Part shown: in pieces, positions 1 through 12,421 of the stretch
Numbering within the stretch: position 1 is the first letter of the stretch
How the letters are laid out: the number at the start of each line of letters is the position of its first letter
Assembly: GCA_964016885.1 (NCBI GenBank)
Contig: OZ024740.1
Span: 362,452,001 to 362,516,000, forward strand
DNA length: 64,000 nucleotides
Reading direction: 5' to 3'
Source: Eledone cirrhosa
Lineage: Eukaryota
Notes under the pieces: generated by a model
Databases searched by the model: none
What the model was told of the DNA's origin: nothing
The model's input: only the letters and a program-made list of their open reading frames with translations
Program-made: the position numbers and the translations under genes

Positions 1-2936
1 CCATTGGACAAGCAGAAATGATCGAATTCTTTGGAGAGAAACTGAGTTCCTCGATCGGAGTGTATGAATGAGGGAGCTCCGAAGATTTGTTTGAGACAGT
101 TAATGACAGTGTTTGAGGTGATGTCACGGATACCGAAAGCAAAAGGAAATCTGCTGAATTCGTCTACTGCAGTCAATAAGTATATGTTTCCTGCTTTTGA
201 AGATTTTGGTTTTGGTCCAACGATATTGATTGACAGACGTTCGAACGGCCTTGTTGACTTAATGAGTTTAGCAGATGGAGGCTTGAAGAATGTTGGCTTG
301 CACTCCAAACATGATACGCAGTTTTTGACGACGTCGCGGATTTCGTCTACGGAAAAGGGCAGGTTATGGCGTCGGATATAATCGTAAAATCTAGTTACTC
401 CTGGGTGTGCTAGTTGGTCGTGGAGTACTTTTAAATCACAGGGTGGCGATATAGCTGCAGCGATTCTTGAAAGACAAACGGCTTGGGTGTTGAGGTAGCC
501 GGGTTTGTAGTCAATGTCAAATTGATGCTCTGATAGTTCTAAACGCCAGCGAGATATTTTATCATTTTTGATTCCTGATTTATTACTCGAGAAAATGAAG
601 GCTACTGATTTTTGGTCAGTCCGTATAATCGTATGAAAACACTTCACGTATTGCGACCATCTCCGTACAGCTTCAATAATAGCCATAGCTTCTCGCTCCA
701 CAGTTGATTGTCTTTTCTCGGACGGTGTAAGTGTTCTCGACAGGAAGGCCACGGGCCGTTCGTTTTGAGAAAGTATAGCTCCGATTGCATCGCCAGACGC
801 ATCTGTTTCTATTACCAATGCGTGGCCAGTTTTAAGAGGAATGCTAAGAGCGGCATTAGAGATATCTGCTTTCATGGCTTGTATTACATCTGTAGCTACT
901 TTATTCAGCGGGAACGAGTCAGCTTGTAATAGTGGTTGGATTTTCTTCGAGTAATCGGCAATCCACCTAGCATTATAGGCTAGGAATCCAAGGAATCGTT
1001 TCAGTTGTTGTTTGTTTGTTGGGATTGGGTAGTCTAGTAGGGTTTTGATGCGTTCCTTATTGGGTTTCTTTACTCCGTTCTGAATGTTATAACCTAGTAT
1101 AGATATACTCTTTTGGCAGATTTTACTCTTATCCGAGTTAAGAGTTAGGTTTTCTGTCTTCACGGCGTTAAAGAATGCTTCCACATTTCTATCATGTTCA
1201 GCTTTGGTATTTCCCGTGACTATGACGTTGTCAATATAGTCATAGGTTTTGAGTAAGTTATATTTCTCTATAACTTGATCCATAATTCTCTGAAAAACAG
1301 GTACAGCGTTAGTTACGCCGAAGGGTAAGCGGCAGAATTGGTAGAGTTTGTGATTAGCCTGAAATGCCGTTAGAGGTTTGTCGATTTTTCTTAAAGGTAC
1401 TTGGTGATACGCTGATTTGAGGTCGAATTCTGAAAAATATTTATCCTGTGCCACTTTGTTAACAACATCCTCAATGTCGGGGGATGGATAGGCATCCAAT
1501 TGTGTATACTTATTAATTGTCTGGGAGTAGTCTACCACGAGTCGAGGTTTCTTTCCGTGTACTATGAAGCACTGAGCTCGCCAAGGTGAAATTGATTCCT
1601 CAATGATACCGGCTTCTAGGAGGCGAGTTATTTCGGACTTAATAAAATTGTCGTCTCTCTTGTTAATGTAACGTCCCTTAGTGGCAATCGGCTTGATATT
1701 TGTCTCGGCTAAATCGTGGAAGACAAGAGGCGGATTAACTTCTATTGTCGGAAAGGTACAGCATAGTTGATTTGAAAATTTCATGGGAGGCCGGGCACCG
1801 CCAAGGTGCAGAATAATAGAGCTATGCTGGGTGAGGACATCCATTCCGATAATGACGTCTGCGACAAGGCTTTTTGAAATGATTAGGTTCACAGAGTATT
1901 CCTCGCTGTAGATACATATTGGTATGGATGTAGTACCAGTCGTCATTAATATGTTATTGTCGGCTAGTGTGATTGCCCGTTTTTCTTGTTTTACGCTCAA
2001 GTTTAATTCAGTTGCTATGCTATGACGTATAAATGGATCTGTGGAACCAGGATCGATTAAGGCCTTTAGTGTGGTGTCTTTTATAGTTATCGGGCAGATA
2101 ATAGCTTTAGACTGTTTGCCGGTATTTAATGAACATATAAGTGAGGCTGCTTGCTTACTGCTTTGGCAGTCAGATTTACAGACTGATTGCCAGTGGCCGA
2201 TCTTCCCACAAGAATAGCATATGTCTTTTCTAGCTGGGCATTTATTTCTAGGATGCCTGGAAAGTCCACAAAAAAAGCATTTAAATTCACTTTGGGAATT
2301 AGCATTTTTCAAGTATTTCAGAAGAGGTTGTTTTGATTTTGTAGCTGCTACGGTAGGTTCTTGAGAGGATGTAGTTGACAGTGTTGATGAATTCAGAGAT
2401 ACATCTAGGTTGAATGATTTAGTAAAATCACTGGATAGTTCTATTGCATTTGCCATTGCTATGCAGTCTTTTAGGTTTGCTTGAGTATCGTCCAGCTCTA
2501 GGAGACGTGCTCGTATAGCATCTGATTGGACTCCTGCTACTAGTGAATCCAGGATCAACATATCTCTGTGGTCTTTAGCTGTGATGGCTTTACAGTTACA
2601 TTTTTCCACTAAAAGGTTGAGTCTTTTAATAAACTCTCGGACGGTTTCTTCTTGCTTTTGGCGGCATGTTAGGAGTTGATGTCTAGCATAGAGTATACGA
2701 CTGGGGGCTAAGAATTGAGTATCCAGGGTGATTAGTGCTTCGTTGAAGTTTTCTGCAGATTCGAGTAAACTAAATAGGTCGGCCCCAGCTTGTGAACGAA
2801 GGTATGTCAATTTATGGTTGTCCTCTACTATGCCGTTTATGAGTAGGGAATCCACAAAACACTTCCGCCACCATCGCCATTGCTCGGATGTGGGGTCATT
2901 TGGGAATGTTGGATGTGGAATTTTTAATTGAGCCAT
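1..2936 (-). CDS. Ty3/Gypsy LTR retrotransposon gag-pol polyprotein (gag, Zn knuckle, protease, RT, RNase H, integrase), runs off window edge
   Basis: Manual translation from ATG 2936: MAQLKIPHPTFPNDPTSEQWRWWRKCF...; CCHC CYSCGKIGHWQSVC; protease ALIDPGS; RT TYDYIDNVIV (YIDN at 1227-1238); RNase H VIETDASGDAIGAILSQ; integrase HSDRGTQFLSKEF. Start, RT motif and integrase share one frame, and the ORF track lists no stop-terminated piece in that frame. Confidence 0.95.
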   Translation of the reverse strand, partial: MAQLKIPHPTFPNDPTSEQWRWWRKCFVDSLLINGIVEDNHKLTYLRSQAGADLFSLLESAENFNEALITLDTQFLAPSRILYARHQLLTCRQKQEETVREFIKRLNLLVEKCNCKAITAKDHRDMLILDSLVAGVQSDAIRARLLELDDTQANLKDCIAMANAIELSSDFTKSFNLDVSLNSSTLSTTSSQEPTVAATKSKQPLLKYLKNANSQSEFKCFFCGLSRHPRNKCPARKDICYSCGKIGHWQSVCKSDCQSSKQAASLICSLNTGKQSKAIICPITIKDTTLKALIDPGSTDPFIRHSIATELNLSVKQEKRAITLADNNILMTTGTTSIPICIYSEEYSVNLIISKSLVADVIIGMDVLTQHSSIILHLGGARPPMKFSNQLCCTFPTIEVNPPLVFHDLAETNIKPIATKGRYINKRDDNFIKSEITRLLEAGIIEESISPWRAQCFIVHGKKPRLVVDYSQTINKYTQLDAYPSPDIEDVVNKVAQDKYFSEFDLKSAYHQVPLRKIDKPLTAFQANHKLYQFCRLPFGVTNAVPVFQRIMDQVIEKYNLLKTYDYIDNVIVTGNTKAEHDRNVEAFFNAVKTENLTLNSDKSKICQKSISILGYNIQNGVKKPNKERIKTLLDYPIPTNKQQLKRFLGFLAYNARWIADYSKKIQPLLQADSFPLNKVATDVIQAMKADISNAALSIPLKTGHALVIETDASGDAIGAILSQNERPVAFLSRTLTPSEKRQSTVEREAMAIIEAVRRWSQYVKCFHTIIRTDQKSVAFIFSSNKSGIKNDKISRWRLELSEHQFDIDYKPGYLNTQAVCLSRIAAAISPPCDLKVLHDQLAHPGVTRFYDYIRRHNLPFSVDEIRDVVKNCVSCLECKPTFFKPPSAKLIKSTRPFERLSINIVGPKPKSSKAGNIYLLTAVDEFSRFPFAFGIRDITSNTVINCLKQIFGAPSFIHSDRGTQFLSKEFDHFCLSN

Positions 2937-3065
2937 TGGTATTGAGAATGTAGCAAGCTTTGAAGGTAGAGTAAGGGTGGAAACGAATACCACAAAACGT
3001 CTAGTCTCGGAACGAAACAGTAACAAATATCATATTGAATAAAATTGTTGTGCGTTCTAATATTG

Positions 3066-3130
3066 CAAAGAATTCGATCATTTCTGCTTGTCCAATGGTA
3101 TATCCCACACGCGCACTTCGCCGTATCATC
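3066..3130 (+). mobile_element. Inverted fragment of the same Gypsy integrase (KEFDHFCLSNGISHTRTSPYH)
   Basis: First ~33 nt are the exact reverse complement of window positions 1-33, then the integrase reading continues. Confidence 0.9.
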
Positions 3131-3884
3131 AACAACAAATGACCATCTCAGCTGGGATAGATTCATTTTTCCCTCAGCTTTCTTTCTTTCTGGTCAACTG
3201 TTATCAACATTTGTTACTGAAAATGTGTTGACTGCAATCATTGGATGTTTTTAAATGACATAATTCACATACCAATAAGTAATAATTTGATGTATTGCCT
3301 TCTTCCCTTGCACTAATGAATCTACACTGAATGTGATTTAATACTAATAAGCTGAGCATGTATGGCTTGGAGGAGGGAAAATGAACTGTAGAGAAAAGAA
3401 ATAAAGATATGATGAGTTAGTAACTAACTGCAGGCCCGTGTGAACAGGTAAAGATATTGAATAAAATTGTTGTGCGTTCTAATATTGCAAAACTAAAGCT
3501 CAAATTCCAAGCTTTTATTCAATATCTAGAATATAAAAACAGTAATTAGTCTTGAAGAAATATAACAATAATATTTGTAAGAAAAGAAAGATATACAATA
3601 AAACAAAGTTATATTGAGGATAGATGAACTTCATAACAAGCATTAATTTTTTCTCTGCTCCTTTATGTTAACTTTGAATTATTAGTTTTGTTACATTTAC
3701 ATTTTTCTTGGTCAAATGCATTTACTTGTTTTGTGTTTTTTAATTTTTGCTATTTGCTTCAGTTGCGAGCTTATGTTTTATTCATGCACCTTCTTGTACC
3801 TTTGCTTTGCTCCTCATTTCTTACGGGTTCACGCTACAATGACCTTCGGCTGGTTATTCGACTTCTCGTCTGAGAGGGGAGTCT

Positions 3885-4262
3885 TGTAGCGCTCTCTAGA
3901 CAAAGGGAAGTAGCTAAAATTACTTCCCGTAGAATTTCTAGAATACTCCTTGAATTTCCGTTTCAGAGATTATAAAAGAAGGAGCAAAGGACAATCTACC
4001 TCTTCTTCACCTCTTGGCTGCCTGGCCTTAAGGCCAGGCATGGTTACGCCAAAAGGTATACTCTCTTTCACCAACGGCTCTAGAACTGACCACACCAAGC
4101 ACAGATGCTAAACTTTTTCTAATCCTATCCTATACCTCAGGATTACACCACATCATGGCACGATGTACGTTTCACTACCAAAATTGTAACAAGCTACTTC
4201 AATAAATGCAAATCGTTACTGATACACTTTTCCGAAGTATTCGTCATGTTTTAATTACTACA
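3885..4262 (+). mobile_element. LTR (TGTAG...CTACA), preceded by polypurine tract
   Basis: GAGAGGGGAG at 3872-3881 just upstream; terminal inverted TGTAG/CTACA; TATAAAA near 3971; AATAAA at 4201. Confidence 0.7.
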
Positions 4263-4379
4263 TCGTCATTTCTTTTACATCTTCTAAACAAATTAAATTA
4301 GAGGTTGGCATGTAGTGGTATTTACTGGAGTAAATAACCCTATGGCCAATTCACTAAATATGTATGTGCCAGGCTGTTG

Positions 4380-4665
4380 ATGGAGATGCTACTCATATTA
4401 CCTATCAGGCATGTGGAAAAGAGTGTAGATCAGTAGGAAAGCTCAAATGACATGCTGACCACCCACAGCCGGCTATAGCCAGTGAATGTTTTTATTATAT
4501 CATGGTTACCAACTCTGCGTAAAACATTTTAGATCATTAGCTGGGCTAAAAAGTCACATTTGATCGCAGCACAGTTAATTATTAATGTGTGTGTGTATGT
4601 GTATTTTTTAAATTTATTTTATCATGCTATGGCCATACTCAATAACGAGGAAGCAGCCATCATGG
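4380..4665 (+). mobile_element. RTE-clade LINE 3' end fragment
   Basis: Decayed C-terminal zinc-finger-like peptides (ACGKECRS, KTFRSLAGLKSHI) followed by terminal stem-loop ATGGCCATACTCAATAACGAGGAAGCAGCCAT, also present at 23279-23310. Confidence 0.6.
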
Positions 4666-4791
4666 ATGTATATATGTTCTTCTGGTTTCATTATCTTATA
4701 TATTTTTACCAATAGAGAGAGTCAATATGTAACAGACAGACTTTTTCATTAGGATTTAGACAACTAGGTAAATACGTCTGCATATCTGCAC

Positions 4792-4823
<32 letters not shown>

Positions 4824-4969
4824 TTATTGTATGTGTGGATGTTTTGAGTAATATGTGTACAGGTACATGTTTTGTATCTACATGCAATTATTACATGCAG
4901 AATTTTTGGAATGTTTTACATATTTTTACAGTTCCATTAATGTATTGTATTTGTAACTTAACTATGTCC

Positions 4970-5250
4970 TTTCTGGTTCTGTGAAGCCCAGCTTCTCAAG
5001 ATTTGTACTGAGGCAGTTAGTAACATATCCAAGAGCCCCAATGATCACAAGCATAGATCTGAAGGTATAGTCAAGGTGGAGTATCTGCAGATTCCTCATT
5101 AGTTCTGCATAGATGTTCTCCTTTTTGTTGATCTTTAATATTATATTGGCATCTGCTGGGCAACTGACTTCCACTACTGTGCATGTCTTCTTTTCCCAGT
5201 CCCATGTGGTCTGTTATGCTTGCATTTTATTGGGGTTTTCACTGGAATAT
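4970..5250 (-). mobile_element. R4/Dong-like non-LTR retrotransposon fragment (restriction-like endonuclease domain)
   Basis: Peptide VEVSCPADANIILKINKKENIYAELMRNLQILH...IIGALG, preceded by a KHNRP-like motif. Confidence 0.75.
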
Positions 5251-5390
5251 CTTTACTATTCACAGCCACTGCAGCAACTTTGACTGGAATATCTTTACTG
5301 TAAATAGCAACTGCATCAACCACAGCAGCTTTGACTGAATATCGTTACTATAAAGAGCAACTGCATCAACCACAGCAGCTTTGACTAAGA
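5245..5390. repeat. Imperfect tandem repeat, ~45-50 bp unit x3
   Basis: Repeated GCAACTGCATCAACCACAGCAGCTTTGACT and GAATATCTTTACT. Confidence 0.8.
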
Positions 5391-5514
5391 GTTATTCAAC
5401 AGTTTATTTTTTAAAAAAATATGGTGGATCTCGCTAAAATAAAGTTAACTTCTCCAATGACTTCTAAATAAGTCAGGTTTCATTGTTTATATACCTACTT
5501 CATTGTAGACACAA

Positions 5515-5800
5515 CATGACCAAGTAGTTAAGACATTTGCTTCTTAATCATTAGGTCCTGGGTTCGATCCCTTTGTGTGGCATCTTGGGCAAATTTGAAG
5601 CCATGCCTTGTGGGTGAGATTAGATAGATGGAAATTCAAAGCACAGTACTGTCACATACTGTGTCATGCTGGATCTCCCTGAGAGACAAGTATCTGGGGA
5701 ATGCTCCACCACATACTTGTTAATTTCATGAACAAGCTGTTTAGTTGATTGAACAACTGGCACACTCATCATTGGAGGTCCATGTCAACCACTTCTAACA
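5515..5800 (+). mobile_element. Degenerate tRNA-derived CORE-type SINE
   Basis: A/B-box-like AGTAGTTAAG...GGTTCGATCCC then CTTGGGCAA; related copies at 8815-9150, 25190-25300, 29633-29705, 62995-63110, and (-) 23415-23555, 24300-24430, 51725-51960. Confidence 0.65.
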
Positions 5801-7982
5801 AACCCTTACAAAAACCAAACAAAACAAAACAAGATATGACAGACTGGCTGATAGTGTTTAAAGTAGCTAGCATTGAAACATTGAAAACAACTGTTTCTCT
5901 CTTTCAACTTCACTTAGGATATTTATTTAATATTATAAGTATGTTGTTTCACGTTCATGTCAGAATGTCATAGATTATGTATGTATGTACCCCCTCCTTT
6001 CTATCTCTATATATATATATATAAAATCTATCCTTAAAAACCTAGCATATAATATCTCACTCAGAATTTCTAACCTTTCATCTAACCAGGATGTATTCGA
6101 TAAAAATGCGGCCTTTTATAACGAAGCTTTAGCTAGAAGCGGCCACAAAAACAAATTAGTATATATACCTTGTACCAATAATACTACAAACATACAACCC
6201 AATATTACAAACAAACACCAAATGAAATATACACACCTAAATGCCACTCACACTATACCCAAAAATACCAACTTAAAACTTAATTTCTCTAACTCTTCTA
6301 ATATACAATATAATAACTTTCAAAAAACCATTCATCCTAATATTCCAATATATGTTAATAACAAAATTCCTAATAATCAGACTAAAACACCTAAATCAAT
6401 GAATCTAACTAAAAATATGTGTAATAAAATCACAAATACTAATTCTCTTAGTAAACATCAGGATACATCGTATAAAAATTAAAAAAACATCGAAACCGTA
6501 ATAGACGAGTTACTTGGTATAATGCTCCATTTAATCTACAAATTAAAGATAATATACCTAAAATTCTTTTTACTATACTAGAGAAAAACTTCCCGCCAAA
6601 CCATAAATACCATCAAATTTTAAATAGATCAACGGTCAAATTCTCCTACTCAACAACCAAAAATATACAACAAAATATAAGTGCCTATAATGCATATAAA
6701 TGTAAAAAAAACATGAATGCATCAAACTAACCATAATACTAAAATAAACCATAGCAAACCACCATCTCATTCACATACAACAAGTCGAGAAAATTCCACA
6801 CCTAATTTGACTATCTCCTCTGATACAACATTCACGAAAGGTTGTAACTGTAGAAACAAAGCAAATTGCCCATTAAAAGGAAATTGCCTTATTAATAACA
6901 TAGTATATAAATGTAAAATTAACACCAAGGACTCAACTTATTCATATATAGGAGCTACTTCTAACCAATTTAAAGTAAGATTTAATACCCACAAACACAG
7001 TTTTAAAAATGCCGCATTAGCTAATACAACATCCTTAGCTGAAATAATTAATAATTATAGAAAAAAGAATATAGATTATAACCTGACCTGGAGTGTGCTC
7101 AAAAGAGCCACCCCTTATCAAAATAATAGATATGAATGTAGATTATGTTCCCAGGAACTTTTTGAAATAATGAAATCTAAGGATATCCTATTAAATAAGC
7201 GACAAGAATTAATTATATCATGTAATCATAAAATTAGAAGAACTTTTAAATATTATAAACCTAATTAATATACACTTTACAAATTATTATAGTAATTTTT
7301 TTTTTTTTTTTTAAATTAGTTAACCTATAATTAATATTCTACTACTAATGAACTGCATAATTTTATTTACCTTTTCCTAAAATTTATACCAATAAGTATA
7401 CATATAAACTATTTTAATTTCAGGTTATGAATCTATATTCCTTGTAATCTATATAATACATTTATCCCCCCACCCCCAATTATTATTTTTTTTTTTTCCC
7501 CTTCGTTTTCAACAACATTCTTCAATTACATCTAACTCTTATTTATCATATCTATATGAATTAATATAAATTTATCAATATAAATATACCTATCAATTAA
7601 ATTAATTTATTTTCTTTTTATAGATGTAAATTCCTTATGTTTTAAATAGGATTGATATTTTTCACTAACACATTTATCGTAAAATTTTATTCTCCTTAGA
7701 TTTTAACATTAGAATTATTCTTTTATAACATCAAATTTTCGTGTACCTTTCACCGGCTTGACCTATTTTCATCCCCAAAGTAATCTTTTCATTCAAAATA
7801 CTCTTTCCATTCAAAACTGAAGTCTGCTTTCCTCTACCCCTAAATTAAATTTCTATTACTACTATTCTATCATCTTGACCACTTACTACCTTTCTATTGG
7901 TCAATTCAAAACCTGTTCCCAAACAGACCTATTATATTAAATCTTTGTTGGTTTTTTTTCAATAAACAAATATCATTATTTC

Positions 7983-8277
7983 CGAGGTTAACTTTGCCTT
8001 TCATCCTTACGGGGTCGATAAAATAAAGTACCAGTAATGCACTGGGTAATTGCTGGCCTTGTGCCACAAGTAGAAACAATTATTTCTGAAGTGGATTGGC
8101 AGTATCGGTAGAGGGTCGAACGCCATGCTTTCCAGCATAGTTACGCCCCTTTACGATCTGAGTTCAAATCCCGCCGAGGTTGACTTTGCCTTTCATCCTT
8201 ACGGGGTCGATAAAATAAAGTACCAGTAATGCACTGGGTAATTGCTGGCCTTGTGCCTAAAGTAGAAACAATTATTT
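7983..8277 (+). mobile_element. Two tandem young tRNA-derived SINE copies (one 5'-truncated, one near full length)
   Basis: GAGTTCAAATCC B-box plus GCCTTTCATCCTTACGGGGTCGATAAAATAAAGTACCAG central domain and ...GTAGAAACAATTATT tail; near-identical to copies at 26341, 36590 and 54747. Confidence 0.9.
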
Positions 8278-8406
8278 CTGAAGACAGCATATATATGTGT
8301 AGGTATGTATATTCCCTCTGATAGTTTGTAAAAATTTTACATAGATCTATATGATATACATACCAACACACACATATATATCCTAGAAACGATCGTAAAA
8401 TGATGA
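8271..8406 (+). ncRNA. Type I minimal hammerhead ribozyme (PLE pLTR-associated) with long stem II
   Basis: Stem I ATTATTT/AAATGAT; core CTGAAGA; stem II ATATATATGTGT..GGTATGTATAT/ATATACATACC..ACACATATATAT; GAAA-CGATCG-TA with palindromic stem III; base of stem II is mismatched. Confidence 0.75.
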
Positions 8407-8588
8407 ATTTTTTAATATAAGGAACTGTTTCTTTGTTTTTATTCATTATTTTTATTAATTTATCTAGACTCTGTTTTCCTGTGTTTTTCATCTAAAAAAT
8501 TTTGAATACATCTTCTCTTTTTATGATATTTGGATTACATTGAGTTCTTCATACGGATTGGACACTACCGTATATTTTGGTAGATTTA

Positions 8589-8631
<43 letters not shown>

Positions 8632-10374
8632 GGAGAGAGAGAGAGAGAGCTAATCACCTGACTTCTAAGAAATAACATCTTCAAATCTAAGTTTAAGATA
8701 TTTCACATAAAGTCATGAACATCGCCATACTTGAATAGTCATAAATAATGGAAATTTCTTTTTATTGTTTTCAATTGAAACATTTGCATGTAATTATTGT
8801 AATCTGTCTCGCAGCATAGCCAAATTAAGAAGTTTGCTTTGCAATCATTAGGTCACAAGTTTGATCCTACTGTGTGGAGTCTTGGGCAAGTGTCATTTAT
8901 GTTTGCCTCAGGTCAACTCAAGTCTTGGGAATGAAATTGAGTAGCCAGAAACTGTATGGAAGCCCATTGAATGCAATATGCTGTAACTCAAAGAGCTAGC
9001 CATGTTGCAAATTATGTCACACTGAATTTCCCTGAGAGTTACACTAAACGTGCGTTTGTCAATGAAATGCTCAGTCACTTGCACATTAATTTCACAAACA
9101 AGCTGTTCCATTGATCAAACTACTGGAACACTCATTGTCAAAACTACAGAGATCCATTCGATAGGTAATCTACATAAAATTGATGGATATGTTGATCAAT
9201 TACCTGATTTAACATTTTCATTATGATTATTCTAATGAAAGACACTGCTAAAGATTTAGTAATGCAATTGAGTTAAGAAACTCAATTATATTACTAAATG
9301 CCTCCAAATCCTTCCATCATAAATTTACATAAGAAGTTGTTCCAAATACCAGTTTGGACTTTAGATAAATATAAATACTTTAAAACAAGCAGTTTTATAT
9401 TGTAAAAACAGGGATTGTTTCAGGTAGTGATATTTATGCAGTAGTTGTTGTTGAACCTCACTCTGTTCCCATGATGTATGTTCCAGATGATTCAGTCAAT
9501 AGAACATACAGTATATTATTAAATATACATACAGTACATACATTCATATATACATTACTATTTCAGAGCTCCAACACAAATATATATACATATACACACA
9601 TCATCATTTAACGTCCATTTTCCCCTCTAGCAAGGGTTGGACAGGTCACCACAGACTAAGTCATTATTTAGTTACAGCTATTGACGTCTCAGACAGGCTG
9701 TGGGTCACATCTTGCTTACATACAAGCCTACACACTACAGAGAGTATCTTATATATTTGGTCTCATTCCAATTCAAAAGCTATTGATTTAAACATTCTTA
9801 TCATTGTTTAGCTGCATGTAGGCTCTGATCAAAGCATTTCAGTCATGACCAACCTCTCTTATTTTCAATGTATCCAGGGCAACTAAATTCACCCCCCAAA
9901 ATGCTTCATTTTTTTTATCGAACCAATTTTGTCAAAAGTTTTAACCAACTCATTGCCCTTTACACATACATATACATTGATCTCTTTTTGTTGTATTTCT
10001 AAGTAACAGGACATAAACTAGACACAGACACAAATGTAGTCATATACATGGGGACACACACTCACACACATTTACAGCCATGCCTACATCTATGTTATTT
10101 ACTGATTTATTATGAGTCATATAAATTACTTAATAAGGCTACAAACAGTTCCTTCATTAAATGTTATGCATTTATATGAAAAAGAATTGCAGTGTGATAT
10201 TAATGTATTGAGTTAGGTGTGTAGGGGACACTGCATGATCAAATAGTTAAGACATTCACTTTGCAATTATTAAGTCCTAGGTTGCGGTGGATTGGCAGCA
10301 TCAGTAGAGCATCGGACAATATGCTTTGTGGCATATAGTCATGTTCCTTTATGTTCTGAGTTCAAATCCCACCA

Positions 10375-10850
10375 AGAGCACAGCTGAAGAAGATCTTGGT
10401 GAAGATCTTGCTTTGGATGGAGAGAAGGGTGATAGCCCTGTGGTTGCTGCAGACAAGTTTGTCATCCTTCCATTTCCAGAAGGGGAGGATAAAACCTTAG
10501 GTCATGTCATTTGGGAGCTGCTCTGACACCCACACATAGTTGATAATTCGAGTGGGCCACTGTGGCATGTTATTTCTGCCTGCCTTCAACATCTCTATGG
10601 TGATAGTGCAGATTCCAGGGGCTTTGTGGTTTTTGAGCTTCTTCAGGGCGACCTTGACTTCATTGGGAGTGACAGGATCGAGTCTACAGGAGTAATTTGA
10701 TGTAGCTTTGCCTGCGGCGATGGTTGGAGAGGGATGGGTGGGTGATGTAGGAGAAGGCTAAAGTTCTCCTTCCAGCATTTGAGGCAGGAGGTTTCAGTAG
10801 TGATGACGTTGCCATTGCTATCCTTCACCAGGGCTGTCTTGATCTGTGTT
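10375..10850 (-). mobile_element. RTE-clade LINE RT fragment
   Basis: Decayed KLKNHKAPGICTITIEMLKAG and CSNHRAITLLSIQSKIF. Confidence 0.75.
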
Positions 10851-11519
10851 ACAACAAAATACACCCATTCTTCTCTGTAAGGTGGTAGTGCTGGAGAAAC
10901 AATATTCACCCAGCTCCCTCTCTAATGTGCTGGTGCCACAATAAAATGCACTCAGTACAGTTTGTAAAGTGGTTGGCACTAGGAAGGGCATCCAACCATT
11001 GAAACCATGCGAAATTCAAAAGTATGAGCAAATCATGGTCAAACAACTTGTTTGGCTTCAGATCATGATGACCTGTCCAATCTATGCTAGCATAGAAAAT
11101 AGACTTAAAAGATGATGATGATGATGGTAATAATGATGATAACATTTATACTGGTGGGGGTAGGTGGTGGGAAGGATTTCAGAACATTCTGGGTAGAAAA
11201 TGTAATTCACAATAATTTTAAGGTTTGATTTCAGAATAAACAATCTCCCCTCTGTCTCAATGTCCTCAGTTTGTTCAGGGAGTTCTCTATTTATTCAGTA
11301 TAAAAACAACTAAATACATATTTAGTATGTTTCCCATATGTAATAAAGTATGTTGAAAATCCTCCTGTTAACTGGGGTTATTCATGCAATTAATAAATGA
11401 AAACTCTGTCTTGGAGTGTTTAAAATCTAAAAACAACAACAACAAAATTTACATTTATAAAATAATTTGAGAATTTTATATCCACTATATTTTTCAGCAA
11501 ACTCAGTTAATCAATAGCT

Positions 11520-12175
11520 TTTTGTGAATGTGGATGACATATTACTCAATATGGAAGGCACCTTCTGCTACTTGGGTGATATGATCTGTGCTGGTGGAGG
11601 CTGTGAATGTGCTGTTGCTTCTCGCTGCTGTGTTGCATGGGCAAATTCAGAAAGCTGTTGCCCATCCTCACTTCAAGGCACATCACTTTCAAGGTTCATG
11701 GCAAAGTGCTTTCTGCTTTTGTTCGGTCCGCCATACTTCATGGCAGTGAGACATGGGCTCCAAATGCCTCAGATCTGCAACGGCACAGGTGACATGATCA
11801 TGCCATGATTAGGTGGATCTGTGGCACCAAATTGAAAGATGAGACCCCTTCGACTGTGCTCCACCAGAAGCTGGGTGGGATGAGATCACTGGTGTCCTTC
11901 GTACACAATATCTCCGTTGGTACAGACATGTACAACAAACCACGTCATGCATCAACTCCATCACTAACTTGGCAATCCCTGACACTAGAGATTGTGGCAG
12001 ACCAAGGAAGACATGGTTGGAGTGCATGAAGAGTGATTTGTATAAATGGAACTTGGCCAATGTCGATACTATGGACAGAAATTCATGGAGAGCGCCTGTG
12101 AGACATTGCCTGATGTTGCCTACCGCAGAGTCCAGGACAACCACAGCACCCTAAACACCAAAACTGGATATGGAT
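11520..12175 (+). mobile_element. RTE LINE 3' fragment
   Basis: FCYLGDMICAGGGCE, VRSAILHGSETW, GRPRKTWLEC; frameshifted. Confidence 0.88.
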
Positions 12176-12421
12176 TATTAATGAGAGAAAGGGAAGGGAA
12201 AGGCAGACCATACACCCATGTTGAAGCTTTAACACTTTAGTATTTAAACCGGCCGCATCTGGCCAGAATTCTCTCACCTCTGTCTGTTCAAACTGGCTGT
12301 AACCAGCCACTAATACTGATGTTAAGATATTATTCTCAAAATGAATATCAAAATCTCATAGATTCGATATTATGAGAGATAATAATGTGAGGTAAAGATT
12401 TTACCATGAAAATATAATAGT

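Larger units (their letters stand above)
6020..8580 (+). mobile_element. 5'-truncated Penelope-like element (Neptune type): RT C-terminus, linker, GIY-YIG endonuclease, 3' pLTR
   Basis: ISLRISNLSSNQDVFDKNAAFYNEALARSGH; RRVTWYNAPF; CNCRNKANCPLKGNC; IVYKCKI...YIGATSNQFKVRFNTHKHSF (ORF 6717-7268); frameshifted; bounded by (TA)n. Confidence 0.92.

Noticed and set aside
8095-8180. tRNA-like A/B boxes here and in other SINE heads
   Set aside because: No cloverleaf; these are SINE 5' regions, not tRNA genes
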